Assembly (NCBI GenBank): GCA_004764695.1
Contig: SMSO01000025.1
Location: 5,310,862 to 5,374,861, forward strand
Source of the DNA: Schizochytrium sp. TIO01
Lineage: Eukaryota > Protista > Bigyra: Labyrinthulomycetes
Reading direction: 5' to 3'
DNA length: 64,000 nucleotides
The notes under the pieces were generated by a model. The model had not been told where the DNA came from, ran no database searches, and was given only the letters and a program-made list of their open reading frames with translations. How positions within the stretch are numbered: the first letter of the stretch is position 1; every line of letters starts with the position of its first letter. A program made the translations under genes and the position numbers. Positions 36,101-50,294 of the stretch are shown here, piece after piece.

Positions 36101-36971
36101 TTTTTGAACGTCTCATCGCAAGGTCAGTCCTCCTTATCACTCAGGTATTTTAATTTAAAAGTAATAGTTATTTTTATTTATTTAAAAAAATGAATTTCAA
36201 GACGAACATGTGCATGATCACCGCAGAATGGAATGAAGTGCGAAAAAAAGAACAAGTTCAGGTCGGTGCAGAGAATTTAGAGTTTAAAAGACCGCGAGTC
36301 GGTGAAAGAAGAAGAAGAAGAACAGACGTTCAGGGGGAGAGAGAGAAACATGTTCCATCTTTTGTCCTCTGCCATGCATTCATCCATTCATTCATTCATT
36401 GATCCATAATCTACGCGTTTCTTTTTTTAGTTTTTTTTTGTTAAGTTTCTCCACTCATCTTCCCAGTCGCGTCCAGCACGTCTCGCATTTGTTTGTGCTG
36501 AGCGCCGCCTTCTCGTTCCCGTCATTGGCAACAGCGCATGGTGCAAATGAGACGCCCAAGGGTGGGAGCGGCGAGGCTGTCTGTCGTTGGCAATTGGCAG
36601 CAGTGATCGACCAAGAAGTTGCTTCTCTTCTCTCCGCGCGAGCTCATCGCGGATTCAGAAATAAAGCAACAAAACAGTGCCACTGCAATAATCAACAATA
36701 ATAGAGAGAAGAAGAAGCCAACAACAACAACAAAAAAGCGCCCAATCTTATCATCATCTTTCCCTGCTGTCTGTCCCAGGTAGTAGTATCTCCTTCTATA
36801 CGGCAACTTTGTCGACTCCGTTCTACCAATTCACCTCTTCGATCCATTCGCTGGTCTCCAGCCAGGCAGGCAGGCCAGCAAGCAAGCAAGTTAACTAGCT
36901 TGAAACAGAGAGAGATGATTGTGCCTCTCCGAGAAGATGGCGCCTCAATTCTGCGGCACGCGAGGCCTCTT

Positions 36972-37002
36972 TGAAAAGCTCGCTTTCTTCTTTCTTCTTT
37001 CT

Positions 37003-37065
<63 letters not shown>

Positions 37066-37079
37066 ATGAAAAGCTCGCT
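36972..37079. repeat. (CTTT)n tract flanked by a 13-bp direct repeat TGAAAAGCTCGCT
   Basis: Direct repeats at 36972-36984 and 37067-37079 enclose an almost pure C/T tract. Confidence 0.9.
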
Positions 37080-40000
37080 GTGAGACCGAAACTGCCCAAT
37101 TCGAGCTTAAATAACGCTCCTAAACGGGCACCTGCCGAGGCTGTAGTGCCCAATAGGCGCGTCCTTGAGCATTGGAGATTGGCTCAAAAGTGGACGATGA
37201 GGGATGAAACGCGCCGGCAGTCAAGCGCGTTTGAAATATGATCAATGCAGGGCTCGACGCCCATGGAAGGATAGCGGTTGTTTGATCTTGGCGCCGGCAT
37301 GATGGCGGAGGAGGAGGAGGAGATTAATTGCAGCAACGTAACAGAAGCAGCGGCGACAGAGATGGCGCGGCGGCCGACCTCTTGAAAGGCATCGCCCGCC
37401 GAAGGAGACGTTTGGTTCGGAGGCTTGCTTGCGGAAAGCTAATGCAGGTGCTTCCTCGATGAAACAAATAACAGCCATTTTACTGTTGTTGTTTGCTGCT
37501 TTCGTTTCGTTCCTTCTACTTCACTTATTTCCGAGCCGTTCAAATCTACTCGCGATCTTTATCTCTATTTCTATTTCTATTTTAAAAAGTTTTGAATTGT
37601 TCTGTTCTGTGCTCGAGCACTTGCACTTGTAATTTGCTCGATTACCTTACTGCCTTTTATCTTTGTTGGTGTTGAGACAGTCTCTTTCTTGAGAGGGGGG
37701 GGGGAGGGGGGTTAAAATAAAATATTGAAAGGTTTTATTTTTAAAGTATAGAATAAAAATCATAAAGAACGTCTGACGATATAACTTTGTTTCTTTTCAA
37801 AGGAATCAAAATTAGGCTTGAATCACTGGCAGACCAATTCGGACGGCCTCCCAGTTATCTCGAGGCTCTGAATGCGTGTGGCACGACGTGAGATTCAAGC
37901 AAGCAGTCGCTTTAGCTAGTCGCGGAGCGAGAGGGTGTCCAGATCGAGCGACACCCTTGTGCAAAGGAGATACCAGGCGGCCAAAAAGCTAGTTGAGCGC
38001 ATTCCATCTTGAACTATGAAACCTACAAATTACAAGGCGGCACTTTTCCTTTCTCCCATGCTAGGCTGGCATGCAATATCATCTTTTCGAATATTATCAT
38101 TATCATTATTATTTTTAACAAGGATGATGTTATTGTGCACCACTTCCTCTCTCAGCTCCTCTTTCAGTTTTCTTTTTATTCAGCCAACAGAACGTTAGCC
38201 AATTCAGAACTTACTCTATTTTAAATTTTGTTCATTTCAATACTTTTTCTCTCTTTCTTCTTAAAATTAAAAATCACGCCCAAAAACATTTTATAAAAGA
38301 GGGAAAGTTAGCATTTCTTGAAAACATTCTTAAAGAGTGTGAAGTTTAGAGAGCAAGCGCGTGTCCGCCAAGTGCTTGTACGAGCTTGCGACATAAGCAG
38401 GCGGTAGTTATATACAAGTACTTATAAGAGGCAATAGAAAACTTGTAGTGGTTGCACACACGCACAGGCGCGCGCTGTTGATTGATGATGGAGGACCGTC
38501 GTCGTATTAGGGGCAATTGAACAAGCAAGGTTGTGCAGACACATCAGCGGCTGCAGGGGATGAACAAAGGGGCGCGTGAAGTGCTCTCGAGACCGCTCGA
38601 CGTGCGCACGACGAACTCCATAGGGTTTTGAAACGACATGTGCCTACTGCAGGAAGGTGCACGAGTACTACCAGCTGGAGCAAGCTAACTTTGGCGATCT
38701 TTATTCTCTTCTGTTATCACATTCAGTGAAACGTTACTAGTACTCAATATCTCGACTAAAGAGTAAGATCGAACAGCTTATTTTACAAGAGGCATTCTGA
38801 TTGGGGGTTTATGGTCAATAGTCATTATTAGTAAGAAGACTAACCAAATCAGAGACAAAAAGACGCTTCAATGTGGCGCTCCGCGCGCGACCGACCTAGT
38901 TTTATGATTCCTACCGGGTGTGAGTTCAATGGAATGACTGGCATGTATGTTTCTATCGATATGGGCAGAAAGCTATGCAGCAGCAGGTGTTTTGGCTCGT
39001 GAAACCTGTCGTGCCTTTTTCGCAGCCTGCCTGGCACGTTTATCATTCGAGCGATACTGGGTGCTCAGATGGTAATATTATTCAAAAAATACTTTTGCAC
39101 ATGGTACTAAAAGTGCGAGCGAATGTTGTGTTTGTTGGGAGTCATGGGCTGTGTTAGGCTTGTGTGCAGTCCTACAAGGTATTGCCATCTTCCTTGCTCA
39201 CAGCCTGGAGCCTGTACAGGATCACATTTAGAGATCGCACATATCTTCTGCGTGGTCCACACTTCCAGGGCGTCAGTGGTCTCAAGTGGGCTTGGAAGCA
39301 GCCAATGCTTAGTTCGAATAAATGTATTCGTTATCTCTGTGTATACACGGACTCGAGGTGAAGTGCTCATGAATACTACAAGCTATGAAAAAAGAACACT
39401 TGAAAGGAAATCTTTTTTGAATCTTGCTGTAGCTAGATAATGGTAGATAAAAGAGTAAATGTTTCCACCTTTGCCTGGGTATACTGAATGCACTTTCTTT
39501 TTTTTTCAATTAAATCTTCTTTTTCAGAATCAACTATACCTTATTGGCGCGTAAGTTTTTACGCAAATCCCACGCTCGATGCGATGCCACCAACAGAGAT
39601 TTTAAATCAGTTTTCCTTCGAATAATGGTTGCAGTGGCTCTACAGCGCCCCTTTGTCCATTTGTACTGCACCCTCTGTCTGAGCAAAAGCCCTTGTAAGC
39701 TCCTTCAGCCGTCGTTTACACCCTCTAATTATGAAGAGTGAATTACTGGAAACGCGCGGTTTCGTGAACTTGTGAAAATCCATGGGCTGCAGTCAATATT
39801 CAAAGTTTCCTTAAAACATTTTCGTTCTTTTTCGCTTTTATTTGCTCCCATCGATGATGAATGATATATAATTCCTCGAATAAAAAACATTTCGTGTTTC
39901 GTGTTTCTTTTCTTTCTTTTTTAATAATACTGAAAGATAAGGTTTAAAAACTAAATATTAAAAATAGAATAATAATACTAAGAATAAAAGGCAGGCAGCA

Positions 40001-41323
40001 ATGTATATTTTTACTAATACCAGCTCAATAACAATAAAAACATTGCAACTTCAAAGGCCCTCCTTCTCTCTCCAGAGTGGAGTGGAGTGGAACGTTCTCA
40101 AGCCGAGCGAGGAGTCCGCTACTGCCCTTAATGCAATGGGAAATGAACGGGTGGCGGAGAGACCTTCGCGGCATCCACAGGCGCTCGATCTTTTCAAGAT
40201 ATGGGTTAAGTAGCGAACAACGAGAGCTCGACAAGAAAGAGTCAAGAAGAAGAAGAGAGCTCTAGACAATAAAGTGGTTCCTGGGCGACGAGACCGAGCT
40301 CGAGTTTACGACAGCAGCAGCAGCTGCACGACGAGAGATCGCGTCCCTCGAGCTCAACGCCGGGTGTGGCTCAGCAGCACCAGCCGGAAGCCATGCATCG
40401 TGGATTCTTCTTCTCGTGGCTTGATACGTATGATATGCAGAAGAGCGATAAATGCAAAGATGGATCTATGTACGTATGGAGTGATGTATGAATGAATATA
40501 TATATATATATATATATGTATTTATATGCAGTTATTCTCGAGATCGGGAGGCATTGAAATCGACGTTGAAACCGGGGCCCTCGAGGCTGCAAGCCTGCCT
40601 GACTCGAGGAGCACCTTCAAGAGCGAGCAGCTCAGGCTGCTGCCACAGGTGCCTGCCTGCCTGCCTGCCTGTCAGTCGGTGGACTTGTCGCGGCCAGCGA
40701 GGCTGTCTGGCTGGTGGCGAGAACTGGCCAAGAACCCGAACCGCGAGACCACTCATAGTGCGTGAGAGAGCGATAGACGAGAATGAGTGAGATGAGAACT
40801 TGAAAGAAAGTACAGCTTTAGCCTGCCTGAGAAGGGCCTTCGCTGCTTCGACGCCGCGAGGGCCACCCGTTCGCGCATGGAGGGAGGGAGGGCTTGCTCC
40901 TTCCCGGCCTGACTGCTGCTGGCTGGGCAAGTTCGTAGGTGCCCAAAAACGGCCGCTCGGGAGGTTGTACGATTCTTCTGCAATTCGACCTAACTCGTGG
41001 TTCGTGGTTCGTGGTTCGTGGTTCTTTAATTTATATGCTGGTTGGTTCTAGCTTGCTACACGCTGTTCTTTCCCGGTCCTATCGTGAACAAAGTTAATGA
41101 ACATGCTGCGCACAATGGAGCTGAAGTCAAAAGCTATTCATTCGCAAGACCAGCCAAACAAAGCATGAGCCATTGCTCAGCTCCTTTCTGCTGATGCTGC
41201 TTTTTTTTTTTTTTTTTTTGGTTAAATAAATAAATAAAGTAAAGTTGAGACGATTCTTAGAAGCCTGTACTTTGTCAGAGTTCTTTTTCTTTTTAGATAA
41301 AGAAAATATAATTAATTAATTTT

Positions 41324-41474
<151 letters not shown>

Positions 41475-44400
41475 GAACCTTGATGAAAAGAAAGAAATGA
41501 AAAAAGCGAACCAAGGCACACCTTGAATCACTTTGAGCATTGTGTGATGGGAGTGAGCGACTGAGCAATCAATCCTCCCTTACAGGACTTCCGACACTGA
41601 CGCAAAGCTTGCTCTTCAAGGCCTGAAAGACCACCTAGGAGATGGCCAAAACTGCTCTCCAGAACAGACTTTGCGCCTCGGAGCCTCTGCTCTGCCTCCT
41701 TCTCGGAAAGGAGAAACAAATAAACCCTCTCTGTGCTTGCTCGTTCACTTTGATGCTGATGATTTTTCCCCTCTCAAATTGTTTTCAAAAAAATAGGTTT
41801 CCTTTATAGGTTATTTATTATATTAATTACGAAGTTTTCTTTGTCGTGATCTTATTGGGAGGGGCTGCCAGCGAGGGTTTCCTCAGTCAGCTCTATTGAC
41901 TGAGCCACGCACGGCCTTCGACGTAGTGTACTTTAATAGGAAGGTGGTACTAGCTACTGCATTGGATGGGTAATTGTTTTTATTTATACTTCGGCCCAAC
42001 TCGTAATAAAATCGATTTTACGAGTACTTTATTCCCCCTTTCAATCAAAGGCCTGTGATGAAATGAAGGGCTGAGAACGCGCCGCCAGACCCGCGCGTTG
42101 ATGGCAGTTGTCTTGTGTATGTGTAGTTGTGCACGTGGCGAGCATCGGCGGTCATGACTTCGGTGAGAAGTCTTTAGGTATGAACAAGAACGACTGAATG
42201 AAAAGGCTAGCCAAGAGGATAGATGTCTTGGCGGGGAAAGAAGACCTCTCGGTGGATTGATTAATCTCGATACCCTCCCGGCAAGCGATCGGCTGAACAC
42301 TCAAGCTGCAGTGCACCCGGTCCGGGAGCAGTCAAACTTTGCTCGACACGAGGTACTCTCTGCACACAACTCACAAAAATTGAAAATATGGGTCGCTAAG
42401 TTCAACCAAACTTGCTCACTATCGCGTGGTTTATAAGAATTTAAGCTCATTTGTTTTTGTTTTTTTAATTGCTGTAATCTTGCTCTAATTCGTTGTCATA
42501 TTCTTTTTTGACAAAATAGCTTCAGGCCTGCGTAGGTGTTTAGGATATTTTCTGGACCTTGAGAATATTGAGGAGAACCCATGCTCTCTCTTCCCAGGGT
42601 TCCCGCGCCCTGTTTATTGGACATCCCAGGGCTCGCAGAGGTCTCCGACGCACGTGAATTCGTCGCTCTCAACGCCGAATCTGCATGTTGCATTAAGGTG
42701 CAACCCGAGAGTCCGCATCGGCCTTCAGCTCCCAGCTCCTCCACCCACGAGAAATGACCCCAAACGACATACTTTTATAATCAATCATATGACTTATGAA
42801 CACGACCTAAGGTGCAATCCTCATTTCATTCAAGCTCTTTCAACTATTTGCAACAGCAAATAAAGCAAGATCCTCACCAACGCCTTCAACTTCTTCCTTC
42901 CTTACATGGCTGATCGTTGCGAATCAGTCGATGAGCCGATCAAGGCACTAAAAAATGCATTTCGTTCAATGTAATGCAAGGCAATGTATTGTAATGCAAG
43001 GCAATGCATGATCATGATCATGCTTGGCAAAGGGAAACCGCTTCAGAATGATCTAACCCAAAGAGAGCCTGGAGAACAGATACCATGCCTCCAAAAGTGA
43101 TCCCGCTCATGAAGCATCAGAACAGAAACCTGCGAGTAGACCTTGCGCATCATACGCACCTCAGTTCCTCCAACATCGTTCAGCAAGCCTGCCAAAACCG
43201 AAAAGCCTTCTTCCTGACTTTGACTCCTAGCCCCTGCAGCCTTTATTCCATTCTCCAAATGCCCTCCTCCAACTAGGCACAGATCCTGGTTTCCCCTTCA
43301 TTTCCTCAAGCTCTTCTACTTTTCTTCAAGTTTCCAATGCCCTCCTCCTTCAATCTCGTCTCGTGCGTGCGTGGGACCGCTATTACCTGTCCCATGTCAC
43401 AGGAAGCCGCGAGGAAAGCACAGGGATCTCTCTATCTCTCTATCTATATTTCTATATGTATGTATGTATGTATGTATCTAGTTATCTATGTATATCTATC
43501 CTCCATCTCAGTTGTGAGTTTTCTTCGCGATTCAATGGCCACTCCAAGGAATCAACGCCTCGATTGCCGGCGACCGCAGAGCGATGGAGGCCCCTCCGCG
43601 GCAAGTCTTTAGCTCTTTTTTCGGCGTGGATGAGGCGAGTCGGGCAGAAGAGCCTTCGAGCTCTTGAATAAAAGTTGGCGTGTACGAGACTGCGAGGCGG
43701 GCGAAGTGCTCTGTTTTCATCTGCCTACGTAGGGAGGGATTAGGGATTAATAGACGCGTAGATGAATAGAGGGCACTGATCGATTGAGTGAATTGCATGC
43801 AATGTGAAGTGATAAGGAGACCACCATCTTTGTTTGAAGAAGAGCAGTTGTAAGCCGGAGCCCTCTGAGGCGAACTGCTCTTTCCGTGGAAGAGAAAGAG
43901 AGAACGCATGCATATAGATAGATAAGATAGCTGCTGCACGTCAAGCAAACGACCTGAAGAAGGTCGGTCTTCTCGTTTCATGAATTGTTGGGTTGATCCA
44001 TTAATTTGGTATCGCAAGTTATAAGTTTCAATCATGATAAGAAACATCAATCGCTAGTACTCTCATGATCATCAGTGCTGTTCATTTTTGTTAATTGATG
44101 TTGTTAATTGTTGTTTCTTGAAAAGCAAACCACCTTGAATTGAAAAGGGGGGTCGCTGTGGCTTTCTTTCCATAGCAGTTACCTATTCCGGCCTACTCTG
44201 TTTGCTTTTCTTTCTTTCTTTCTTTCTTTCTCGTAAAAGAGGCCTTCATGATCACATCCGCTCAGAGGATCGATCGATCCATCGATCGTGGTCTCATCGC
44301 TGGCTGCCTGTACCGTGAGGGCGGAGAAGAAAGCGAGTAAAGCAGAGCGCCGAATAGGCAGTTCTCGAGCTCGAAGAGACTGTCAGTAAGCAGGCGCGAA

Positions 44401-46763
44401 AGAGTGAGGGCCTGAAAACGAAAAAAACAGGTGTCGGAACGGAGCTACGCAACGTCATCCCTACGATGACTCCTCAAAATAATTAAGTGAGTAAGTAAGT
44501 GAGTGAGTGAGTGAGTGAGTGAGTAGGGAATTAAGGAGGTAGGTACCAGCACCTTAAAGCTTGGAAACGCTATAAAAAGGCTGGATAGCACCGCCTAGCG
44601 CACTGGTAGGTAGGTAGGTAGGTAGGTAGATAGGTATGGGTACCTACGTAGTGTTATGTAGATCTGTCGATGATGGCGATCTTGAGGTTTGCGATGGTGT
44701 CTTCTATGCTACGATGGGTATCTTCTCGGTTAGCTCGAAGGAGCTGCGGCCCGCACGCATTGGTGGAGGAGGGTGGCTGATAGAGCAGGGGGAGGGGGGG
44801 TGCTTGGATGAGCCAGAGCAGAAGGTCTGATGGATGGAGGGATGGATGGATGTCACGCAGCCAGAAGGTTTGGAGGATCTTTCAAGAATGCGAGCCCAAG
44901 TCGGCCATGCTCGTTCTTTTAGTTTAGTTTAGTTTAGCTTAGTTTCTTCTTTTCTCCTTTCTTTCTCTCCCTCTGTTTCATTTTTCGAGTTCTAAGTCTA
45001 ATTTGTTCGAACGTAAAATGAAAAAATTGCAGAAGAGTTTTTTGAAAAGATTGCCACCCTCGCTATGGTGTTTAGTAGGCAGAGCTGTCGTCCATGATAA
45101 GAACTCGGAGTGTTTGCAATTTGGATTGCGAGCTCGAGTTGAGAATCAAGACCTGCCGGGGTCTAGCTCGTTTGCGGATAGAGGCGGAGGCGCTTCGAGA
45201 TCTGGAAAGCTTCTGCTCGGGCCCATCTTGAGTGGCAGGCAGCTGACAAAGAAAGCTGTCCTCGAAGCCGTTCTCCGGTTTATTGGTAACCGTGAACTAG
45301 AGGACTGACTGACTGCGCTCAGGATGCTCGTCGAAGCAGTTGATTGACCACTCGTGAGCCCACGATGCATACACTCGCTCCTCAGACCGTGGCGAAGAGG
45401 TTGGGCTGCAGCAGTACAGGAACGAGAACATAACATCGTAGATTTCTAGCGCCGTCAGCAGCGCTCCCGCGTGAAGCAGCGGCGTGCTTGAATGCAATTC
45501 GAATTCAAGACGCGGCAATGCGAATCCACGCAAGATGCTTGAGTAGAACGTCGGCACAAACCAAGCGATGCCAATGTAGAGAACGCAAATGCAGCTCGCT
45601 CAGAGCTCATCTCGTTGATTGGATTGTACCATGAATGGATCGGGAATGTCGTGTTGAAGAGGTAGGTAGGCAGGTACCTAGTTGCGCAATTTACACATTA
45701 ATCGCTTGGTCAATCAGCCTCCGTCGCCGCCTCTCTCGCCGCCTGCAGTCTACCTGAGTGTTCGGCTGTCGAGCTGACTGACTGACTGACTGACTGACTG
45801 ATCGATCGATTGATTGATTGATTGATCTACTTTCGATTGAGCGTGTGGATGTATGAATGAATCAGCGTCACTCGAGACAATTCTCGTCGAGTCGATCCAG
45901 GCGGCCTGACTCGGCTCGAAATGGAGCTCCATCGCTCTCTAAAGTTGGCATCAGGCAAGCAAGCATTCGGGGCCAACCAGGAAAGTAGGTACATCATAAG
46001 ACCGAGAGCTTGTTGCATCGACTCGGAGCAGAGAACCAAGACACAAGAACAAGGCAAGTCGAAGGGAAGATTTCGCATTGCATTGCATTGCATTGCATTG
46101 CATTTGCTTGCTCCCTCCCGAATGATAGCTCGTCGGTTATTCGTTGGCAGGGTTTAAAAGCTTTCCATTCTATCGGAGTTCAGATCTGCCCAGATTTGCA
46201 CTCCCTTTGCTACACGACCGATCGATCCTGAAGGTCGTTGATTTGGTCTGACGACCCGATTTATTTGGCGAATTGCATCTCTGATGTTGCGCTCCTTATG
46301 AACTGAAGAAGCAGACAATTTGACGCACCAGGTATCCATTCATTCATTCATTCATTCATTCATTTTTATCCATTCGGAGCTGCCAATATTGCGGATAAAG
46401 CTTGCTTGGAGCCATTGAAGAACTTGAGGCCGACCTGAATGCCCCAGTCAATTACTTGCTTCAAGACGCCACGAAGATGCCCCGAGTGTTCTGAGTCCCA
46501 TGACCACAATGATGAGAAAGAAGCCTGGCTCTGGAAAACCCAAAAGCAAGATTTGGCCAACTCGCTCTTCTAAATTGCAAGTAACTTAGTAAGCTTTGGA
46601 AACTAACTCTAGAGCTCGCTTTGCAACTAAGACTCATTCGAAGTTTCTAATCTAACTCATTTCTAACTAATTGACAGGTAAGTAACTAACTAACTAACTA
46701 TTGTGGATTCAGTGAGGCGAATAGACACGAGTGCTGAAAGAAAGGTTATATAAAACATCAACT

Positions 46764-47307
<544 letters not shown>

Positions 47308-50294
47308 AGGAAGGAAGGAAAAAAGTAAACAAGAGGTCGATCAATCAATCGGTGGGTGGGGGCAGCTTGATTGATGATTCATGCTTCGAAATCCACGCCA
47401 TCGTCAAACTTGCTCGATTTCTGAGACGCACCGTCAACAACAGTGTAGCCCCCCCGATACCTCCTCCTGCGACCCAGGGATGCACAAACGCAAGGCTTGG
47501 AGATGGCGGATGCCGTCCTGCAAAATTAGCCTTATTTACATGTTCATTCTCTTTAATTAAAAAACTAATAAATACAAACCATCATATCATACACATAAAG
47601 AAAGGCCAACTCGAGAAAGAAGAACGACATTGCACGTACCTATCTATATCTATATCTATCTTTATCTATCTATCTCTCTGTTGTCTTATGTGCTCTTAGA
47701 TTAGACATTCGATTGACAATTAATTGCGAAACTTACTTCATGGACTTATTAGTAAATACTGTCTGACTCTGACTGACTGTCTGTCAGTGGGTATGTGTAA
47801 TGACGGGCGAATGTACTATGGCTGAGCCTGAGTGCTTTTCCCTCTTGTTCTCTGTTTCCCTCTGCGGCGCTGTTTTGGTTGGCCCTTACGGCGCCGCTCT
47901 CTGAGGCCCTGTGAGGGCGCGTCTCAGACTGCCTCTGCACCTCCCTTCCTCTCTCCCCCTCTGGGAGTGTCTGAGGAGCTCTGGTTTTGCGTAAAACACG
48001 CGAGGCCCCCTCCCCCAGTCCCCACTGGGCGCAGAGGCAGCGAGACAGAGGCAGAGGGGATGAGAGGGAGGGGTGCGAGAAAAGAAACAGAGAGGGCGCT
48101 CGCTCGCTAAAAATTCAGGAGCCTTCGCTGCTGAGGTCTCCTCCTCCTCTTTGCGGATGGTGTTTGATAGGTTGACTTATCAGATGCTTGCTAGGCGGAT
48201 TCATTACACGCTTTGCTTGAGTTCATTTAGTCAGGTGTATGTATGAGCGGGGATCTTAGAACAGAATGGAGGTCCTGAAATTTGAGCACGACTTTTTGTG
48301 TTTTCTTTTTTTACTCACTCATGTATCCTTGCTCTTTAAAAGGGTAACGTTTTTTATTTTTATTATTTTATTTTATTTTATTTTATTTTATTTGTATTTA
48401 TTTATTTATTTTAAGAGCAGTATAAATGTATCAAAAGAAATAGAACGGCGTGTTCTCTTTTTCATTTCCTTTTATGCAAAACGTGCCGTCTATTTTAAAC
48501 AGCTTTCTCTCCGTCTCTCAATCATGATTCTTAGTTCTTGATTCTGCTGGTGGAAGGAGATGCAGAGGGAGAACCGCACTCATGTCAGAGAAAACAAGCG
48601 GCGATGGTGTGTTTTGATCAAGCTCTCCAGAACTATATATCGAGAGAATGAAATGAATGAATGTGCACAATTTTACCATTTCTTTATTAAAAGTTTGATG
48701 AAGAATGAAAATAGAGTGAAATAAAAATATTTTTAATCAAGAGGAAATTTTTTAAAATGCGGCTACTTTAAAATAGAACGCCAAACAAAAGAACACTTCT
48801 TTAATTTAAAAACATTTTGGTAAAATGAAATTGTTTTTTTTTTTTTTTTTTAATTTTAAAGTATGGCGATAATGATTGCGAAAGAATAAAAGTAAAATCG
48901 TTGAAATTGTGCGCATTAATTCGAAGACTCCGGCAATACACATGAACCGCAATCGACCGATCCACAATTGCCTCCACTCCACCCCTCCCTGTAATAGGCT
49001 CTGAACGGTGCGTTGAACCCATTCACACATTCACACGCGCGGCGATTCGCGCAGTGAGCGAGAGAGATAGAGCATTTAGCGGCGCCAGGAGATGTGCTAT
49101 TTTGGCTCCCTTTTGTGTATGCACAATTAATTGTTTTGGAAACGTTTTTAGGACGAATAAATGAAACTTTCTACATCTACCTCAGAAACTAAGTGAAAGA
49201 AAACAAGGAGCTGAATTATGATGGCAGGCAATCAAAGGTTTCTTGCCGAGACTTTGTTTTTTAAACGACCGAAAGTTTTTTTAGAGTCGGGTGAACAATC
49301 GATTTTCATTTAGTGCATTGTTGTTGTGGTTGTTGTTGTTGTTGTTGTTATTATTATTATTATTAATATCATTTTCTTATGATGTTGTTCTCTAAACCCA
49401 GCGTGTCAGCCAAGTGCAGAGAACGAACACCCCTGACTGACTGATGAGTGATTGCTTTCCAAACACAAGCTCTTTTCTTCGGGTCGGTGTTGTTTGTGCA
49501 GAAAGAAAGAGAAAAGCATTTGTGAACGAACGATAATTCGAGAGAAGGAAAGTAGCACAACGAAAAGAGGCTGCTTCTGCGCTTTCTTGTCTAGTTGTTT
49601 TAAAACTTAAAGAAGAAAGTTTTTATTTATTTTCTAGTTGTTGCTTTTTTTGTTCTCTGTTTCAAAAGCTCCTCTATGAATAGCTAGCTAGCCATGGCTA
49701 CCGCAAACTACTCGGGAAAAACAAGCGATAAAGAGGAAGAAAGAAGAGGAACGAGCGAGCACACTAGGTAGAAGCGATAGTAGTTGCAGTAGGAGTTGAT
49801 TATCAAATGTAAATGTGATATTATCAACCTCATCATCAGCATCATCACAACCGCTCGCTCGCGGGGGAAAGCAGACCTCGAATCGAGCGAAGCCAAAACC
49901 AGAAAGCAAAACCCAAACAAAGCAAACCGAGCAATCGGCCTGCCAACAACCAAAACAAACCTGAAAAGTAAAGAACCTGCTTTAGAAGCAAGAGTAGTAG
50001 TAGCAGTCCTGCGAAGTCCTTTAAAGCACTGTGACTGAGCGACTGGGTGAGACTACTTGTAGTGCAACGAAGTAGTAGAGACGCCTCCATAAGTCTGACA
50101 AAGACAAAACAAGACTTGTGCGACAGCTAGAGCGAAGGGATAAGGCGGTTGACAACACAAGTCAGCTCCTGCACCAGCACAAACAAGACAACTATCGAGC
50201 AAGAAGAACGAAGCCCCTTAAGGTAGGCACGCGCAAAGTCATCAAACCACTCGTGTCATTGTAGTCATTTAGATTCAACCAAAACAAGAGCACC

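Noticed and set aside
32062-36359. Shared CAGGG..CATGTTCCATC word at about 32062-32087 and 36330-36359
   Set aside because: The exact match is only 11 bp and similarity does not extend, so it is at chance level.
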